Origin: Candidatus Dormiibacterota bacterium
GTDB taxonomy: Bacteria > Chloroflexota > Dormibacteria > Aeolococcales > Aeolococcaceae
DNA: 64,000 nucleotides
Reading direction: 5' to 3'
Assembly: GCA_963718525.1 (NCBI GenBank)
Contig: OY970355.1
Span: 160,001-224,000, forward strand
Positions 28,493 through 39,422 of this stretch are shown piece by piece. A program made the translations under genes and the position numbers. Below the pieces are notes generated by a model. It was not told the DNA's origin. It made no database searches and worked only from the letters and a program-made list of their open reading frames with translations. Numbering within the stretch: the first letter of the stretch is position 1; each line of letters starts with the position of its first letter.

Positions 28493-31003
28493 CTACTCGG
28501 CTACGGCCGCCGCCTCAACAGGGACACGCGCACCGTTGGTCCCCTGCGCCTCGCGCACCTCGGCAAGATACTCGTCGACGAGCTGACGTCCACGCTCGGG
28601 GTCGGCAACGGAGGCCACAACGTGATACGCGGGCTCGTCGGGATCAGGGCGCACCAGCACGAAGCCGTCGTCGACGTACACCTTGATGCCGTCGACGAGG
28701 TCCACGGAGTCGGTGCGGTGACGATCGAGGAGCAGGCGCATCACCCGTCCCTTCGCCTCCCACGGGCAGAACTCGGTGGCGGTGATGTACGCGACCTGCG
28801 GCAGCGCCGCGCGCGCCTGGCTCAACGGGATACCGAGCTTGGCGCGCAGCTCGAGCAGCTTCACGAGCGTGTACATGGCGTCAAAGGCGCCGAGGTGACC
28901 CGGCCATGCGAATCCGCCCTCACCGTCCGACGCGAGGCTGGTCCCCGGCGTGCTCGAGGCGCGGAGCACCGCGGCAGGCTCGCCGGGAGTGGCGCTGAAG
29001 GTGCCTCCTTCCTTGCGTACCAGCTCACTGATCCACATCGGCGTCGCCGCGGGCGCGAGCACGGCTCCAGGACTCGAGCGCACCCACCACGACGCCAGCA
29101 CCGCCAGGCACTCGTGCGGGGTGAGCACCACGCCCTTGTCGTCGATGATCCAGATGCGCTCCCCCGTCGGGTTGATCATGCAGCCGACGTCGGCGCGCAC
29201 CGTCTTGCTGATCAACGCAGTCTCGTCGGGCACGGTGCGGTGGTGCTCGCCCTCGCGCATGCCGGCGTTGAGCGGGATGGTGGTGACGCCGAGGTCGTTG
29301 AGGATCGTTGGCAGGACCGCCGATGCGTCGCTGTAGTCGTAGTCGATCAGCACGCGGAACCCTGCGTTGCGAATGCTCTCCGCATCCACCGACTTGAACA
29401 GGTGCTGGATGTACCCGGGGATGGGCTCGCCGTACTCGATGTCCCCCATCTCGTAGAAGCCGGCACGCCGGAAGTCCTCACGAAACAGCAGGTTCTCGAG
29501 CTTTCGCTCGGCCCGCTTGTCGATCTGCAGGCCTTCAGTGTCGAAAAAGCGAATGTCGGCGCTGCGCTGGTCGAGCGGTGACACCAGCACATGAATGCCC
29601 GCGGCGCACTCGGCGTCCAGCGTCGCCCACTGCGTGACCGGAACCGGTAGCTCGCGCACGTCGCGTGCCTTGGCTCCGGCGCTGACGATCCCGCTGACGA
29701 TGGCGCGTTTGATCATGCGGGACGAGCGCGCATGATCCTGACCGACGACGACACACGCGCCCTTCGACAGCGTCGCGCCGAACGCCGCGCCGAGACGTGC
29801 GCAGAACTCGGGTGTGAGCTCAACGTTGATCAGTCCGCCGAGCCCGTACGACGAAAACAGCCCGCTTCGCCACTCTCCGGCCCAGATCACCAACTCGTTC
29901 ACCGTGGATCCCGGTTCGACGGTCTTGCTCGGCCAGATCTTGACTCCGGCACGTACCTGCGAGCCTCTGCCGAGCACGCACTCGTCGGCGATCACCGAGT
30001 TCTCCTCGAGCAGCGAATCATTCTTGATGGTCACGTTGCGGCAGACGATGGCCTGGCGCAGCCGGCAGCGCTCGCCGATGTACGAGTGCGGCCAGATCAC
30101 GCTGTTGCTGACCTTGGTGTTGTCGTCGATGACGCTGTATCGGTCGATGACACCGTGCTCGTTGACGTGCGTGCCGGCCTTGAGCTTCACCTCGTCGCCG
30201 ATGAACGCGGGGCCGTCAAGCTGCACGCCGATACCGATCTCCACGTTGTCGCCCATCCAGACGGTGCCCTCGCGGCGCCCCGAGATGTGGCAGCGCACCT
30301 TGCCGTCGAGCGCGTCCCAGTTCGCCTGCATGTACGACTGGATTGAGCCGATGTCGCACCAGTAGTCGTCGACCACGATGCCGTGCAGTGGCTCGTGACG
30401 TCGGAGCATCGTGGGAAACACGTCCTGCGACCAGTCCGCGTTGGAGCCCTCCTTGATGTGATCGAGCACCTTCGGCTCGATCACGTAGATGCCGGTGTTC
30501 GCGTGGTCACTGAAGACCTCACCCCATGACGGCTTTTCCAGGAAGCGCTTGATGTTCCCCTCGTCGTCGGTGACCACCACCCCGTACTCGAGAGGATTCG
30601 GCACCGAGTGGAGCACGATCGTCGCGTGCGAGCCGCGTTCGGCGTGGGCGCGCATCACGCTGGTGAGGTCGATGTCGGTGAGCGCGTCGCCGCTGATCAC
30701 CAGGAAGGTGTCGTCGAGGAGGTGGGCGGCGTTGCGCACGCTCCCCGCCGTGCCCAGCGGCCGGTCCTCGACGACGTACTCGATCTCCATGTCGAGCTCC
30801 GAGCCGTCGCCAAGGCGGTTGCGGATCTCCGCACCGAGGTAGGCGAGCGTCACCACGACCTGGGTGATCCCGTGCTCCCTGAGGAGACGAAGGATGTGCT
30901 CGAGCACCGGCGTGCCGACCACCGGGACGAGCGGTTTGGGAAGGCGGCTGGTCAGCGGACGCAGTCGCGCCCCTTCACCTCCCGCCATGACCACTGCCTT
31001 CAC
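28493..31003 (-). CDS. Mannose-1-phosphate guanylyltransferase / phosphomannomutase fusion
   Basis: [39 protein letters not shown], hexapeptide region, PMM-like C-half. Confidence 0.93.
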   Translation of the reverse strand: MKAVVMAGGEGARLRPLTSRLPKPLVPVVGTPVLEHILRLLREHGITQVVVTLAYLGAEIRNRLGDGSELDMEIEYVVEDRPLGTAGSVRNAAHLLDDTFLVISGDALTDIDLTSVMRAHAERGSHATIVLHSVPNPLEYGVVVTDDEGNIKRFLEKPSWGEVFSDHANTGIYVIEPKVLDHIKEGSNADWSQDVFPTMLRRHEPLHGIVVDDYWCDIGSIQSYMQANWDALDGKVRCHISGRREGTVWMGDNVEIGIGVQLDGPAFIGDEVKLKAGTHVNEHGVIDRYSVIDDNTKVSNSVIWPHSYIGERCRLRQAIVCRNVTIKNDSLLEENSVIADECVLGRGSQVRAGVKIWPSKTVEPGSTVNELVIWAGEWRSGLFSSYGLGGLINVELTPEFCARLGAAFGATLSKGACVVVGQDHARSSRMIKRAIVSGIVSAGAKARDVRELPVPVTQWATLDAECAAGIHVLVSPLDQRSADIRFFDTEGLQIDKRAERKLENLLFREDFRRAGFYEMGDIEYGEPIPGYIQHLFKSVDAESIRNAGFRVLIDYDYSDASAVLPTILNDLGVTTIPLNAGMREGEHHRTVPDETALISKTVRADVGCMINPTGERIWIIDDKGVVLTPHECLAVLASWWVRSSPGAVLAPAATPMWISELVRKEGGTFSATPGEPAAVLRASSTPGTSLASDGEGGFAWPGHLGAFDAMYTLVKLLELRAKLGIPLSQARAALPQVAYITATEFCPWEAKGRVMRLLLDRHRTDSVDLVDGIKVYVDDGFVLVRPDPDEPAYHVVASVADPERGRQLVDEYLAEVREAQGTNGARVPVEAAAVAE

Positions 31004-31061
31004 ACGGCCACCTCCTCGGCACCGGCCTCGTGGTTCAGATCATATGGTGCGAGGCGACGAA

Positions 31062-32363
31062 TTACGCGCGTGAGCTTGCTCCGGGGGCCGGCAGGATCAC
31101 GCGCTGATGCAGGCACATGAAGCGGAGGCGCTCAAGCAACCCGTCGATGACGACCGGCCAGGCGAAGTCGGCCGCGTCGCGGCGAGCCGCAACGCGCAGC
31201 CGCTCTCCCAGCGCCGGCTGCTCGACGAGCCCGCGAAGCGCGCTGGCGATCTCGGACGGATCGTCGGTCTCGATGACGATCGCATTGCCGTACGGGCGGG
31301 CATACTCCTCACCCGTGGCGCCCACCATCGCAACGCCGCCCGCGGCCATCGCCTCGAGCCCGACGAGCCCGAACGGCTCGTGCCCCGAGTTGGCGAGCAC
31401 GGCCGACACCCCGACGTTGATCTCGGTGATCACCCGGTCGGGGAGGAATCGTCGCAGGTGCACGATGGGAGCGCCCTCCGTCTCGGTGAGCGCACGAACG
31501 ATCCCACCCACGTCCGCCACCGGTTCGTACCAGTCGGTGACCACCAGCCCGGACGCAGCCGCAAAGTCGAGCACGGTGGCGCCGTAGGGCTCGATGCCGC
31601 CGCGCATGAGCATGCGAGCCGGCAGACCGTCGGAACGCATCTCGGCGATGGCCGCGACGGCCTGGTTCCAGCGCTTGTCCGGGCTGAAGCGGCCGATCTT
31701 GAAGGTGAGACATGGCGTGCCCGCTGCGGCCCGGATCGCCTTCGCGGCGGACTCATCCACCGTGGCGAGCGCACCCTCCGGAATGCCATTCGGGATGACC
31801 ACCGGATTGACCCCATACGGCCACATGAGGTGCTTCATGTATTTGCTGACGGTGGTGATCGACGCCACGAAGTCGAGCACCGGCCAGTCGATGGCCTCGA
31901 ACCCGAACAGATTGTTGGCGTTCCAGAGCAGCACCGCGTTGCGCCGGAGTCCGAGGGTGTGGAGGCGGTCGCTCAGCGCCTTGCAGAACCACGCCGTGTG
32001 CCACTCCTCGCACAGGACGGCGGTGACCCTCCCCGATTCCGCTGCTGGGCGCACGATGGTGTCGATGAGCTCGTCGGGGAGCGTCGCGGTGAGGTCGCGA
32101 ATCTTCGCCAGCTCTCCCTCGTAGACACCGGCGCGGTAGCGATCGCTGAGCTGCTGAGACCAGCGCACGAGCTGCACTCCCTGGTCGAGCTCGACCGCGG
32201 GCTTGTCCGGGTCGCCGACGAAGACGAGCGTGGTGCGATACCCGAGGGCTGCGAAGGCTCGGCAGAGCTCGCGAGCGCGGACACCGAGACCACCGGCCTG
32301 GCTGTACTGATCGGGTCCTTCGAAGGACACCATCACGACGTCGAGCGTGTCAGGGGTGAACAT
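31062..32363 (-). CDS. Glycosyltransferase family 4 (GT-B)
   Basis: AGGLG, IPNGI, GRFSPDK, HEPFGLVGLEAMAAG. Confidence 0.9.
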   Translation of the reverse strand: MFTPDTLDVVMVSFEGPDQYSQAGGLGVRARELCRAFAALGYRTTLVFVGDPDKPAVELDQGVQLVRWSQQLSDRYRAGVYEGELAKIRDLTATLPDELIDTIVRPAAESGRVTAVLCEEWHTAWFCKALSDRLHTLGLRRNAVLLWNANNLFGFEAIDWPVLDFVASITTVSKYMKHLMWPYGVNPVVIPNGIPEGALATVDESAAKAIRAAAGTPCLTFKIGRFSPDKRWNQAVAAIAEMRSDGLPARMLMRGGIEPYGATVLDFAAASGLVVTDWYEPVADVGGIVRALTETEGAPIVHLRRFLPDRVITEINVGVSAVLANSGHEPFGLVGLEAMAAGGVAMVGATGEEYARPYGNAIVIETDDPSEIASALRGLVEQPALGERLRVAARRDAADFAWPVVIDGLLERLRFMCLHQRVILPAPGASSRA

Positions 32364-32418
32364 CGCCGCACAGTGTGCGAAACCGGCCCACAGGGGTGCC
32401 GGCATCAACTCGCACCCG

Positions 32419-32571
32419 GTCCCTCATCGGAGCGTTGGTTGCGACCACGGATGGGGGCCGAAGCCCCCGATCCTGGTCACGAAAGAGGCGAAGGACCGGC
32501 TGGCGGGCGCCGGTTTCTCCGCCCAACGAAAGTGTCGCAAAGGGCCCGAACGTAGCCTCCGATGGTGGGAC
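32419..32571. ncRNA. Candidate structured RNA or palindromic element (unassigned)
   Basis: Nested pairing GTCCC/GGGAC, CATCGGAG/CTCCGATG, CGTT/AACG, TTGCGAC/GTCGCAA enclosing three hairpins including GGGGGC-CGAA-GCCCCC. Confidence 0.5.
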
Positions 32572-32599
32572 ACAGATCCGTAACGGGAGGGCCACGTTG

Positions 32600-33430
32600 T
32601 CACAGACCAAGCAGCCGGGCGGCGTTGCCGCCCAGCACGAGCTCGCGCTCCGCCGCCGTGAGCTCCGCCTCCGCGAACGCGTCAATGTAACGCCGTGCGG
32701 GCAGCAGCGGGTGATCCGACCCGAAGAGCAGACGGTCCGCACCGCACAGGTCGGCGACAGCACGGTACGCGGTGGGCGCGTACAGGAACGGCCCCGCGGC
32801 GGTGTCGAACCAGAGCCGGCGGCACAGCTCTGCAACCTCGGGCATGTGTGCGTAGAAGGGCAGGCCGCCGCCGAGGTGCGCGCACACCAGGCGCAGCTCC
32901 GGATGCCGCAGGGCCAACGACGCAACCCGCCCCGGGGTCGCCGTGCCTTTGCCGGGATAGTCGTGCCCGACGGGCTCACTGCAGTGCAGAACCAGCGGAA
33001 TTCCCAGCTCCGTGCACGCCACCGCGACCTCGTCGATCGCAGGCAACTCGAGGTCGAATCCCTGGGCGTCGGCATTCAGCTCACCGGCACCGCGCAGGCC
33101 CGCTGCGGCGCAACGCTGCAGCTCGGCGACGGCCCCGGGTCGGGCTGCGCTCACGGTCGCAAAGCACGTGAGCCTGTCAGGGTGGTCGCGCTGGACGGCG
33201 ATGAGGTGGTCGTTGACCTCGGCGCAATGCTCCGGGTCGGCGAACGGCCAGCCGAAGCACACTGAGCGGTCAACGCCGGACGCATCCATGGTCGCGAGCA
33301 GCTCGCCGGCGGTGACGATCGATCGGGTACCGCGGTGGCAGAGGTCGAACCAGGGGTCGAGCGCCGCGAGTCGATTCCTCGCGTCGCGCATGTCCGCAGG
33401 CAGGATGTGCACGTGGCTGTCGATGATCAT
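32600..33430 (-). CDS. Amidohydrolase family protein (amidohydro_2)
   Basis: MIIDSHVH, GAGEL, LHCSEPVGH.YPGKG, AHLGGG, FGSDHP. Confidence 0.92.
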   Translation of the reverse strand: MIIDSHVHILPADMRDARNRLAALDPWFDLCHRGTRSIVTAGELLATMDASGVDRSVCFGWPFADPEHCAEVNDHLIAVQRDHPDRLTCFATVSAARPGAVAELQRCAAAGLRGAGELNADAQGFDLELPAIDEVAVACTELGIPLVLHCSEPVGHDYPGKGTATPGRVASLALRHPELRLVCAHLGGGLPFYAHMPEVAELCRRLWFDTAAGPFLYAPTAYRAVADLCGADRLLFGSDHPLLPARRYIDAFAEAELTAAERELVLGGNAARLLGL

Positions 33431-34539
33431 CCGAGCCAGCGCCCCTGGGCGAAGATCCAGGTGCCGGCGCACATGAGCACGGCACTCGCGCCGAGCATCG
33501 CCTGCCGGACGCGTGGAACGCGCTGGGTGAGATCGGACACGAGCAGCACCGCCGGGAATAGGGCGAGGACGTAGCGAGGCTGGGAGCGCCAGAACGGCAA
33601 CGAGGCAGTCATCAACCAGGCGATGGTGCAATACAGAGCGAGCGATCGGGGAATTCGCGACGACACCCACATGCCCACGCAGAGCAGCAGCCCGAGCAGG
33701 CCGAAGGCCACCTCGCGGGCAAAGATCGATCGCGTCTCCCCGTTGAAGGCGCTCAAGAGCGTGTGCCAGGTGGCTGCGAACCCTGTCCACGGCGGAGTCG
33801 GCGTCAAACCGAACGACGGGAGGCGGTCGGCGTGGAGCAGCGCCAGCCCATCGCCGATGTGGATCTGCATGTACAGGCCGTACAGCACGAGCGGCAGCGC
33901 CGGGAGCAGGACGGCGAGCATCTCTGCGCGGGGCCGCCATCCCGTTCTGCGCAGGAGCTCGAGAGCGAGTGCGGGGATCAATGCGAGCCCCGTGAGGCGG
34001 ATTGCGCAGGCCACCGCCGCCGCCACGATCGCCTTTCGGGATTCACCCGCACGCGCGTAATACAGGCTCGCGGCAGCCGATGCGATGAAGGTGCTCTCGG
34101 TGAAGGGCGCGATGAGAAAGAGCGCCGTTGGAGCGAGCGCGAGCAACCATGCAGAGAAGGTCGCCGCCGCCTGGTCGCGCTCCCCGAGCACGAGACGGCC
34201 GAGGTACCAGAGCGCGATCGTCTCAGCAACTGCATTGACCAGCCACGCTGCGGTGACGTCGTCGCGCACCACGACCATCAGCGCGCGCACCAGCATCGGG
34301 AAGCCGGGAAGGAACGCGTCGCGGTAGTCCAGATGCACCGGGTACCCGTGAGCGGCGATCGACATGTAGCTGATCGCGTCCCATGCCACCAGGTGATCGT
34401 GGATGCCGGTCAGCAACGGGGTTCCCGGGAAGTCGATCACCAGCACGGCGATGAAGACGCCGAGCCAGAGGAGCCGGGACACGGCGACTGCGGCTAGGGC
34501 CGTGGTCCACAGCGACGAGGCTGCCGGCCGCCGAGTCAC
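33427..34539 (-). CDS. PIG-V-like (GT76) mannosyltransferase
   Basis: WDAISYMSIAAHGY, AFLPGFP, FTESTF, IRLTG, SQPRY. Confidence 0.85.
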   Translation of the reverse strand: MTRRPAASSLWTTALAAVAVSRLLWLGVFIAVLVIDFPGTPLLTGIHDHLVAWDAISYMSIAAHGYPVHLDYRDAFLPGFPMLVRALMVVVRDDVTAAWLVNAVAETIALWYLGRLVLGERDQAAATFSAWLLALAPTALFLIAPFTESTFIASAAASLYYARAGESRKAIVAAAVACAIRLTGLALIPALALELLRRTGWRPRAEMLAVLLPALPLVLYGLYMQIHIGDGLALLHADRLPSFGLTPTPPWTGFAATWHTLLSAFNGETRSIFAREVAFGLLGLLLCVGMWVSSRIPRSLALYCTIAWLMTASLPFWRSQPRYVLALFPAVLLVSDLTQRVPRVRQAMLGASAVLMCAGTWIFAQGRWLG

Positions 34540-35270
34540 GTGGGCGGTTCGAGCCCGTCGAGCATCGCAGGGTCGTTGCGGAGCTCCCAGAGCTCGCGGA
34601 ATGCACGCAGCACAACGCGGATGTCGGCGCCGGTCGCGCGCCCGGTGGTGCGCGGATAGTGATGCACGCCGACATTCATCAACCTGTATCCGCTCCGACG
34701 CGCGCGGACCAGCAGCTCGGTGGACACCAGCGCTCCCTCCGCATGCAGCCCCTGCCCGACGGCGCGCGGAAACAGCTTGAAGGCGCAGTTGACGTCGCGC
34801 GCCGTCGGGCCGAATCCGATCCGAACAAGCCGGAAGAAAGCCTTGTGATAGAAGCGCCGGACCAAGGTGTCCTTGCGCCGGATGCGATACCCGCAGATGA
34901 CCCGGTCCGGCCCGTACAGCGCGAGAAGCCGGGAGATCTCGGTCGGATCGAACTGGCCATCGCTGTCCATGAGAAAGACCGCGTCACGCGTCGCCGCGTC
35001 GAACCCGGTGCGCAAAGCTGCGCCATAGCCGCGGTTGCGTGGATGCGACACAACGCGAACGCGCGTACCGGGGTTGCCAGCGCTCGACGCGCGGGCGGCC
35101 GTCGCATCGCTGCTGCCGTCGTCGACGACGATGATCTCGTGATCGGCGATCCCGAGTTCGGTGAGCGCCGCCGCGGTGCGCCTGACCGTCTCGGCGATCA
35201 CCGCCTCCTCGTTGTAGGCGGGAAGCACCGCGCTGATCGATGGATGCGAAACCGCCGTGCGCTCCGACAC
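34536..35270 (-). CDS. GT2 glycosyltransferase (DPM1/Ppm1-like)
   Basis: LPAYNEE, VDDGSSD, NRGYGAALRTG, MDSDGQFD, DVNCAFKLF. Confidence 0.92.
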   Translation of the reverse strand: MSERTAVSHPSISAVLPAYNEEAVIAETVRRTAAALTELGIADHEIIVVDDGSSDATAARASSAGNPGTRVRVVSHPRNRGYGAALRTGFDAATRDAVFLMDSDGQFDPTEISRLLALYGPDRVICGYRIRRKDTLVRRFYHKAFFRLVRIGFGPTARDVNCAFKLFPRAVGQGLHAEGALVSTELLVRARRSGYRLMNVGVHHYPRTTGRATGADIRVVLRAFRELWELRNDPAMLDGLEPPT

Positions 35271-35271
35271 G

Positions 35272-37494
35272 TCAGCTCCTTCCACGGACGTCGTAGATGG
35301 TGATGTGGTCGGTGCGCGCGACGACTGGGAGGCCCTGCTCGGCCCACCACGTGAGCCCGACGTGCGGATCGATCGCGCCGGGGTCGTTCAGCCGGTTGTC
35401 AATCTCGACGTAGCTGACGCCGTACTGGTGCAGCAGGCTGAACACCGGGCACGCGGCCTGGCCGGCGCAGCCCGTGTACATGGTCTGGACGTCGTTGTAG
35501 CGCGTCTCGAAGCTGATGCCGTAGCTCCACAGCCATCCGCCATACCCCATGACCCCGATGCGGCCGGCCGCCGCGAGCACGGGGTCGTTGGGACGGCCGA
35601 ACGTCAGGAACACACTGCCTTTCGGGGTCACGGCGTCGATTGTCGAGGCAAGTTGAAGCTCCTGCGTGTTCGCAATCGTGTACGGACCCGTGATCGAGTC
35701 CTGTGGGGGCGTCCACGGCAGCAGCCTGAGCACCACCAGGGTGCCGGTGAGGACCACCGGCGCCACAAGCACGATCGCCGCCACCCGTGGCCAGACGCGC
35801 CGCCACCAGTGCGCGGCGAGCGCGCCGATGAGCAGGGCGATGACCAGGTACCAGTACACGAGCATCTTGGTGTTGTCCCAATTCCAGGATTGAAAGACGA
35901 CGAGGTTGCACGCCGCGAAGATGATCAGGGCCCCGAGTGTGAGTTCGAGGAGCGGCACGGGAAACACGCGGGTCACCACACGTCCGACGTTCCCTCCGAG
36001 CAGGCGCACTGCGACCGCGAGCGTGAGGAAGGAGAGCAACGGGACCGCGATACCCAAATTGGCAAGCCAGAAGCCCCACCACTGTGCGGTCCCGACCATC
36101 CCGATCGCCCGGATCGCGCCGGTGAAGAGGTTGCCGATAGTGAACGTGAGCCGCCCGCTCGGATCGGCAGCGGTGCCGGCGTTGGCGAGCCATCCGGGCT
36201 CGAGCCACGGATACACGTTGCTCCCGTACGGCGTCACCGAAGCGCCGTGCTGCGTCAGCGCAAGCTGAGCGAGCCTGAAACCCCCGAGCACGACGGCGAC
36301 GCCGAGCAATGCGAACCACTCGCGCCGCCGTCTCCGCCACAGCAAGACGAACAGGAGAATCGCGAGCGCGATCAGCGTCTGCACGTGGACGGCCGGGAGC
36401 AGGCCGATCAGGACTCCGGCGAGCGCGAACGGCTCCCAGCCGGGGCCGTGCGATGACGCCCCCGCGAACACAAGCAGCAGCACCGAGATCGCCGCTGCGA
36501 ACCCGAAGAGCAACGTGCGCTGCGGCAGCCACCAGGCCATGAGCGGGGTGTACCACTGCATGTTGGTGAAGGGTGGCGTGCCGCCGTCGGAGGGCAGCCC
36601 GTCATAGGCGCGGGGCTGCGCAGCGATCGTCCCGGGAAGGTCGTGCAATGTCCACCCGACAATCGAGATCCCTGTCGCCGGGTGGCCGACAACGTACTGC
36701 AGTGTGCACTGCGTTGCGGTGAAACCGTGGCTGGTGCACGCATCCGAGAAGGCGCCGACGAATCCCAGACCGCCGCCGATGAAACAGATGAGCACGGCGA
36801 TCACACCCGCGCCCGTGCCGAGACCAAGGCGCCGCCCCAATGCCACCAACAGCACGCCGATCACCACCATCAGCACGGCGCCGGGGATGGCCAGCGCCAG
36901 CCCGGGCGCCAGACCGAGCGTGGTCAACGTGGCCGCATGGAAATCCGGCAGAAACGGATAGAGCAGTGCGGTGCCGCTGAAGAGCGGGTTGACCGGCGGG
37001 ATATTGCCGCCCTGCGTAAAGCTCGCGGCGGTGCTGAGGTGCTGCGACCAGTCCGCCCATACAGTGGGGTACCCCGCCTCGAGCCCACCCGCGTCCGAGT
37101 ACACGGTGTGAGCGAAGATCGCGATCACCACCGCGGTACCGCCCGCCAGCGCCAGGAGCGAAAACCACGGGATGCGCGCTGCCCAGCGATCGCGCGACTC
37201 CACCCATGACGCGTGCCATGTCGCACGCGGATTGACGGTCAGCAGCGACACCCCGAGCGCGATCACGAGTGCGAGCGCGGGGCCGGCCAGAACCGTGGCC
37301 GCGCTGAGTCCCGCGAGCAACGCCAATACGTACGTGACGCCGGTCCCGATCAGCAACCCGCAGGTCAGCCCGATCACGGCGCGTTCGACCAGCGTGAGAT
37401 GAGTCCTGACGAGTCCTGCAAGGGTGGCGCCGGCCGCGAGCGTCAATGCGGCGTCGAGGATGAGCAGAAAGGCGGTCACCCGACGTCGACCCAC
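35272..37494 (-). CDS. Large GT-C fold membrane protein (putative glycosyltransferase)
   Basis: More than 12 TM helices; WADWSQHL, YPFLPDF, PQR, WDNTK, GYGGWLWSYG. Confidence 0.75.
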   Translation of the reverse strand: MGRRRVTAFLLILDAALTLAAGATLAGLVRTHLTLVERAVIGLTCGLLIGTGVTYVLALLAGLSAATVLAGPALALVIALGVSLLTVNPRATWHASWVESRDRWAARIPWFSLLALAGGTAVVIAIFAHTVYSDAGGLEAGYPTVWADWSQHLSTAASFTQGGNIPPVNPLFSGTALLYPFLPDFHAATLTTLGLAPGLALAIPGAVLMVVIGVLLVALGRRLGLGTGAGVIAVLICFIGGGLGFVGAFSDACTSHGFTATQCTLQYVVGHPATGISIVGWTLHDLPGTIAAQPRAYDGLPSDGGTPPFTNMQWYTPLMAWWLPQRTLLFGFAAAISVLLLVFAGASSHGPGWEPFALAGVLIGLLPAVHVQTLIALAILLFVLLWRRRRREWFALLGVAVVLGGFRLAQLALTQHGASVTPYGSNVYPWLEPGWLANAGTAADPSGRLTFTIGNLFTGAIRAIGMVGTAQWWGFWLANLGIAVPLLSFLTLAVAVRLLGGNVGRVVTRVFPVPLLELTLGALIIFAACNLVVFQSWNWDNTKMLVYWYLVIALLIGALAAHWWRRVWPRVAAIVLVAPVVLTGTLVVLRLLPWTPPQDSITGPYTIANTQELQLASTIDAVTPKGSVFLTFGRPNDPVLAAAGRIGVMGYGGWLWSYGISFETRYNDVQTMYTGCAGQAACPVFSLLHQYGVSYVEIDNRLNDPGAIDPHVGLTWWAEQGLPVVARTDHITIYDVRGRS

Positions 37495-39422
37495 ATCCTC
37501 GTCTGCTGGTCGGCCGAGGTCTGGGGCATGGCCGTCCAGATCGGATAGAAGAAGATGAAGGCCGCGAGCACGGTGCCGATCACGGCGTACGCGACCGGCG
37601 CCAGCGACACCTGCCTGCCACCGAACCGGATCTTCACGCCACGGATCGCAGTCAACGCATACGCAAGCGCGAGCGCCGTGAAGAGGAGCATGCCGAGCGC
37701 GTGATAGAAGAACAGCACGCGGCGCTCATTCCCCGGCACCCACATCATCCATGACGCGATGTACCCCAGCACGATGAAGGCCGGCACGAACCGGCGCGAG
37801 ATCACGGCGGAAACGGTGATCAGCCCGGCAAACACGACCATCCCGACGAAGGCGACGGCAAACCAGAACCCTGGAGTAGTCCGCGCAATCTCGTACTGGG
37901 ACGACGGCTGTTGATGGAACAGTGCAGTGAACTGCGCAGCCGTGTACGACGTGTTGAAGTTGTTGGGGTTGTGATACCGGACCGCGGCCTGGTACAGCAG
38001 GATCATCGCGATGAGGGAGGCGAGACCGAGCAGCGCGACAAACAATCGCCATAACGTCGGTCCGCGGGTCGCACGCCAGACGCAGAAGAGCAGCGCGAGG
38101 ATTCCGAGCCACCAGATCGCGGGATTGCCCATGTCGGTGATTTCCGCGACCGGTCCATTGTTGGGCTGCGACGTCGCGTAGAACAGGACCGGGTGCTCCA
38201 TGACCGGCCATGTCAGCCAGAGCGATGAGTACGGGTGGCTGTGGCATTCCTCGGCGTGATACCGCAGCGACGCTGCGGTGATCTGGACGATGTTGTCGAC
38301 GGCCTCGACCGGGTTCGGGACCGTCAGGGACCCTACGTGCATGACCGGGACGTTGAGCGTCTTCGGGGTCCCGGGCAGCCCGCTGACCGCGGGGTTGCAC
38401 CCGGTGAAGAAGTACACGTCCTGGTGCTGGATCGTCTCGTACCGCGAGAACGACGCGCCGAAGATGGCGAGCGCTATCAGCCCGGCGACGATGTAGTGCA
38501 GGATCGCTCGCGGCCCGGCGGCGTGCCGCCACATGATCGTCGCGGCCCGTCCCGGTCCGGCGATGCGGCGCAACCAGGGGATGAACCCCGCGAGATACGG
38601 GGCGATGCCCCGCATCGCGATCAGCCCGGCCGCCACGACAAGCGGAGCGAGAGCGGTGAGCTTCGCAGCAAAGGCGAGTCCCGCCACGCCCGCCATCACG
38701 TACAAGGTGGTGCGCCACTGGGCGCGGGTCCGCGCCTGCCAGTGCAGCAGGAAGACGTAATAGAACAGCGCGACGAAGCAGATCGCGATGATGTCGATCA
38801 CCCCGGTGCGCGATTCGACAAACGCCAGTCCGTCGAAGCACACGAAGAGCGCGGCGGCGACAGCGAAGAAACGGTCACGCCGCAGCCGGAGCGCGATCAG
38901 GTACATGAGCCCGACCAGCAGGCTCCCGAATAGCGTCGTGCTCAGCCGCCAGCTCCAACTGTTGAAGCCCAAGATGGCGATCGGCGGGGCCATGAGCAGC
39001 TTGGCCAGTGGCGGCTCGGGGTCGAAGTAGGACTCGGCGGGTTGACGCAGGTCCTTGGCGGCGTCGACCGGAAAGTAGATCTCGTCGAAGACGTAGCCGC
39101 AGACGCTCACATCCGTATGGCTGACCCTGACCCCGGCGACCACGCCCGGTGGCCCGACCGGCACCGGCGTGCACTCGGCGCTGGATCCGCCCGTGGTCGG
39201 GTAGCCGACGCCAAGGGCGCTGACGGTCCCCGCTCCACTCAGGAAATTCGGGAAGATCGGACTTGCGAACCGGAGCCCAAAGGCGACAAGCACGAGCGCG
39301 ATGACAGCGATGACGTCGAGGCGATCGAGGTCGAGGAACCCCCGCAGCCCTGCACGTACCAAGGGCGGACCGCCATCGGATTCGACGCTGCTACGCTGTG
39401 AGTTCAAAACTTCAGCTGACAT
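37476..39422 (-). CDS. pmt: Protein O-mannosyltransferase (PMT, GT39)
   Basis: FDEIY, PPLAKLL, ESRTGVID, HPYSSLWLTWP, MGNPAIWW, FFYH, FFYPIW; start uncertain (39422 or further downstream). Confidence 0.88.
   Translation of the reverse strand: MSAEVLNSQRSSVESDGGPPLVRAGLRGFLDLDRLDVIAVIALVLVAFGLRFASPIFPNFLSGAGTVSALGVGYPTTGGSSAECTPVPVGPPGVVAGVRVSHTDVSVCGYVFDEIYFPVDAAKDLRQPAESYFDPEPPLAKLLMAPPIAILGFNSWSWRLSTTLFGSLLVGLMYLIALRLRRDRFFAVAAALFVCFDGLAFVESRTGVIDIIAICFVALFYYVFLLHWQARTRAQWRTTLYVMAGVAGLAFAAKLTALAPLVVAAGLIAMRGIAPYLAGFIPWLRRIAGPGRAATIMWRHAAGPRAILHYIVAGLIALAIFGASFSRYETIQHQDVYFFTGCNPAVSGLPGTPKTLNVPVMHVGSLTVPNPVEAVDNIVQITAASLRYHAEECHSHPYSSLWLTWPVMEHPVLFYATSQPNNGPVAEITDMGNPAIWWLGILALLFCVWRATRGPTLWRLFVALLGLASLIAMILLYQAAVRYHNPNNFNTSYTAAQFTALFHQQPSSQYEIARTTPGFWFAVAFVGMVVFAGLITVSAVISRRFVPAFIVLGYIASWMMWVPGNERRVLFFYHALGMLLFTALALAYALTAIRGVKIRFGGRQVSLAPVAYAVIGTVLAAFIFFYPIWTAMPQTSADQQTRMWVDVG

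Noticed and set aside
32470-32565. c-di-GMP-I riboswitch (fragments GGTCACG, CGAAAG, CGCAAAG)
   Set aside because: Order and pairing do not reproduce the GGCAAACC-GAAA-GGGACGCAAAGC P1 architecture.
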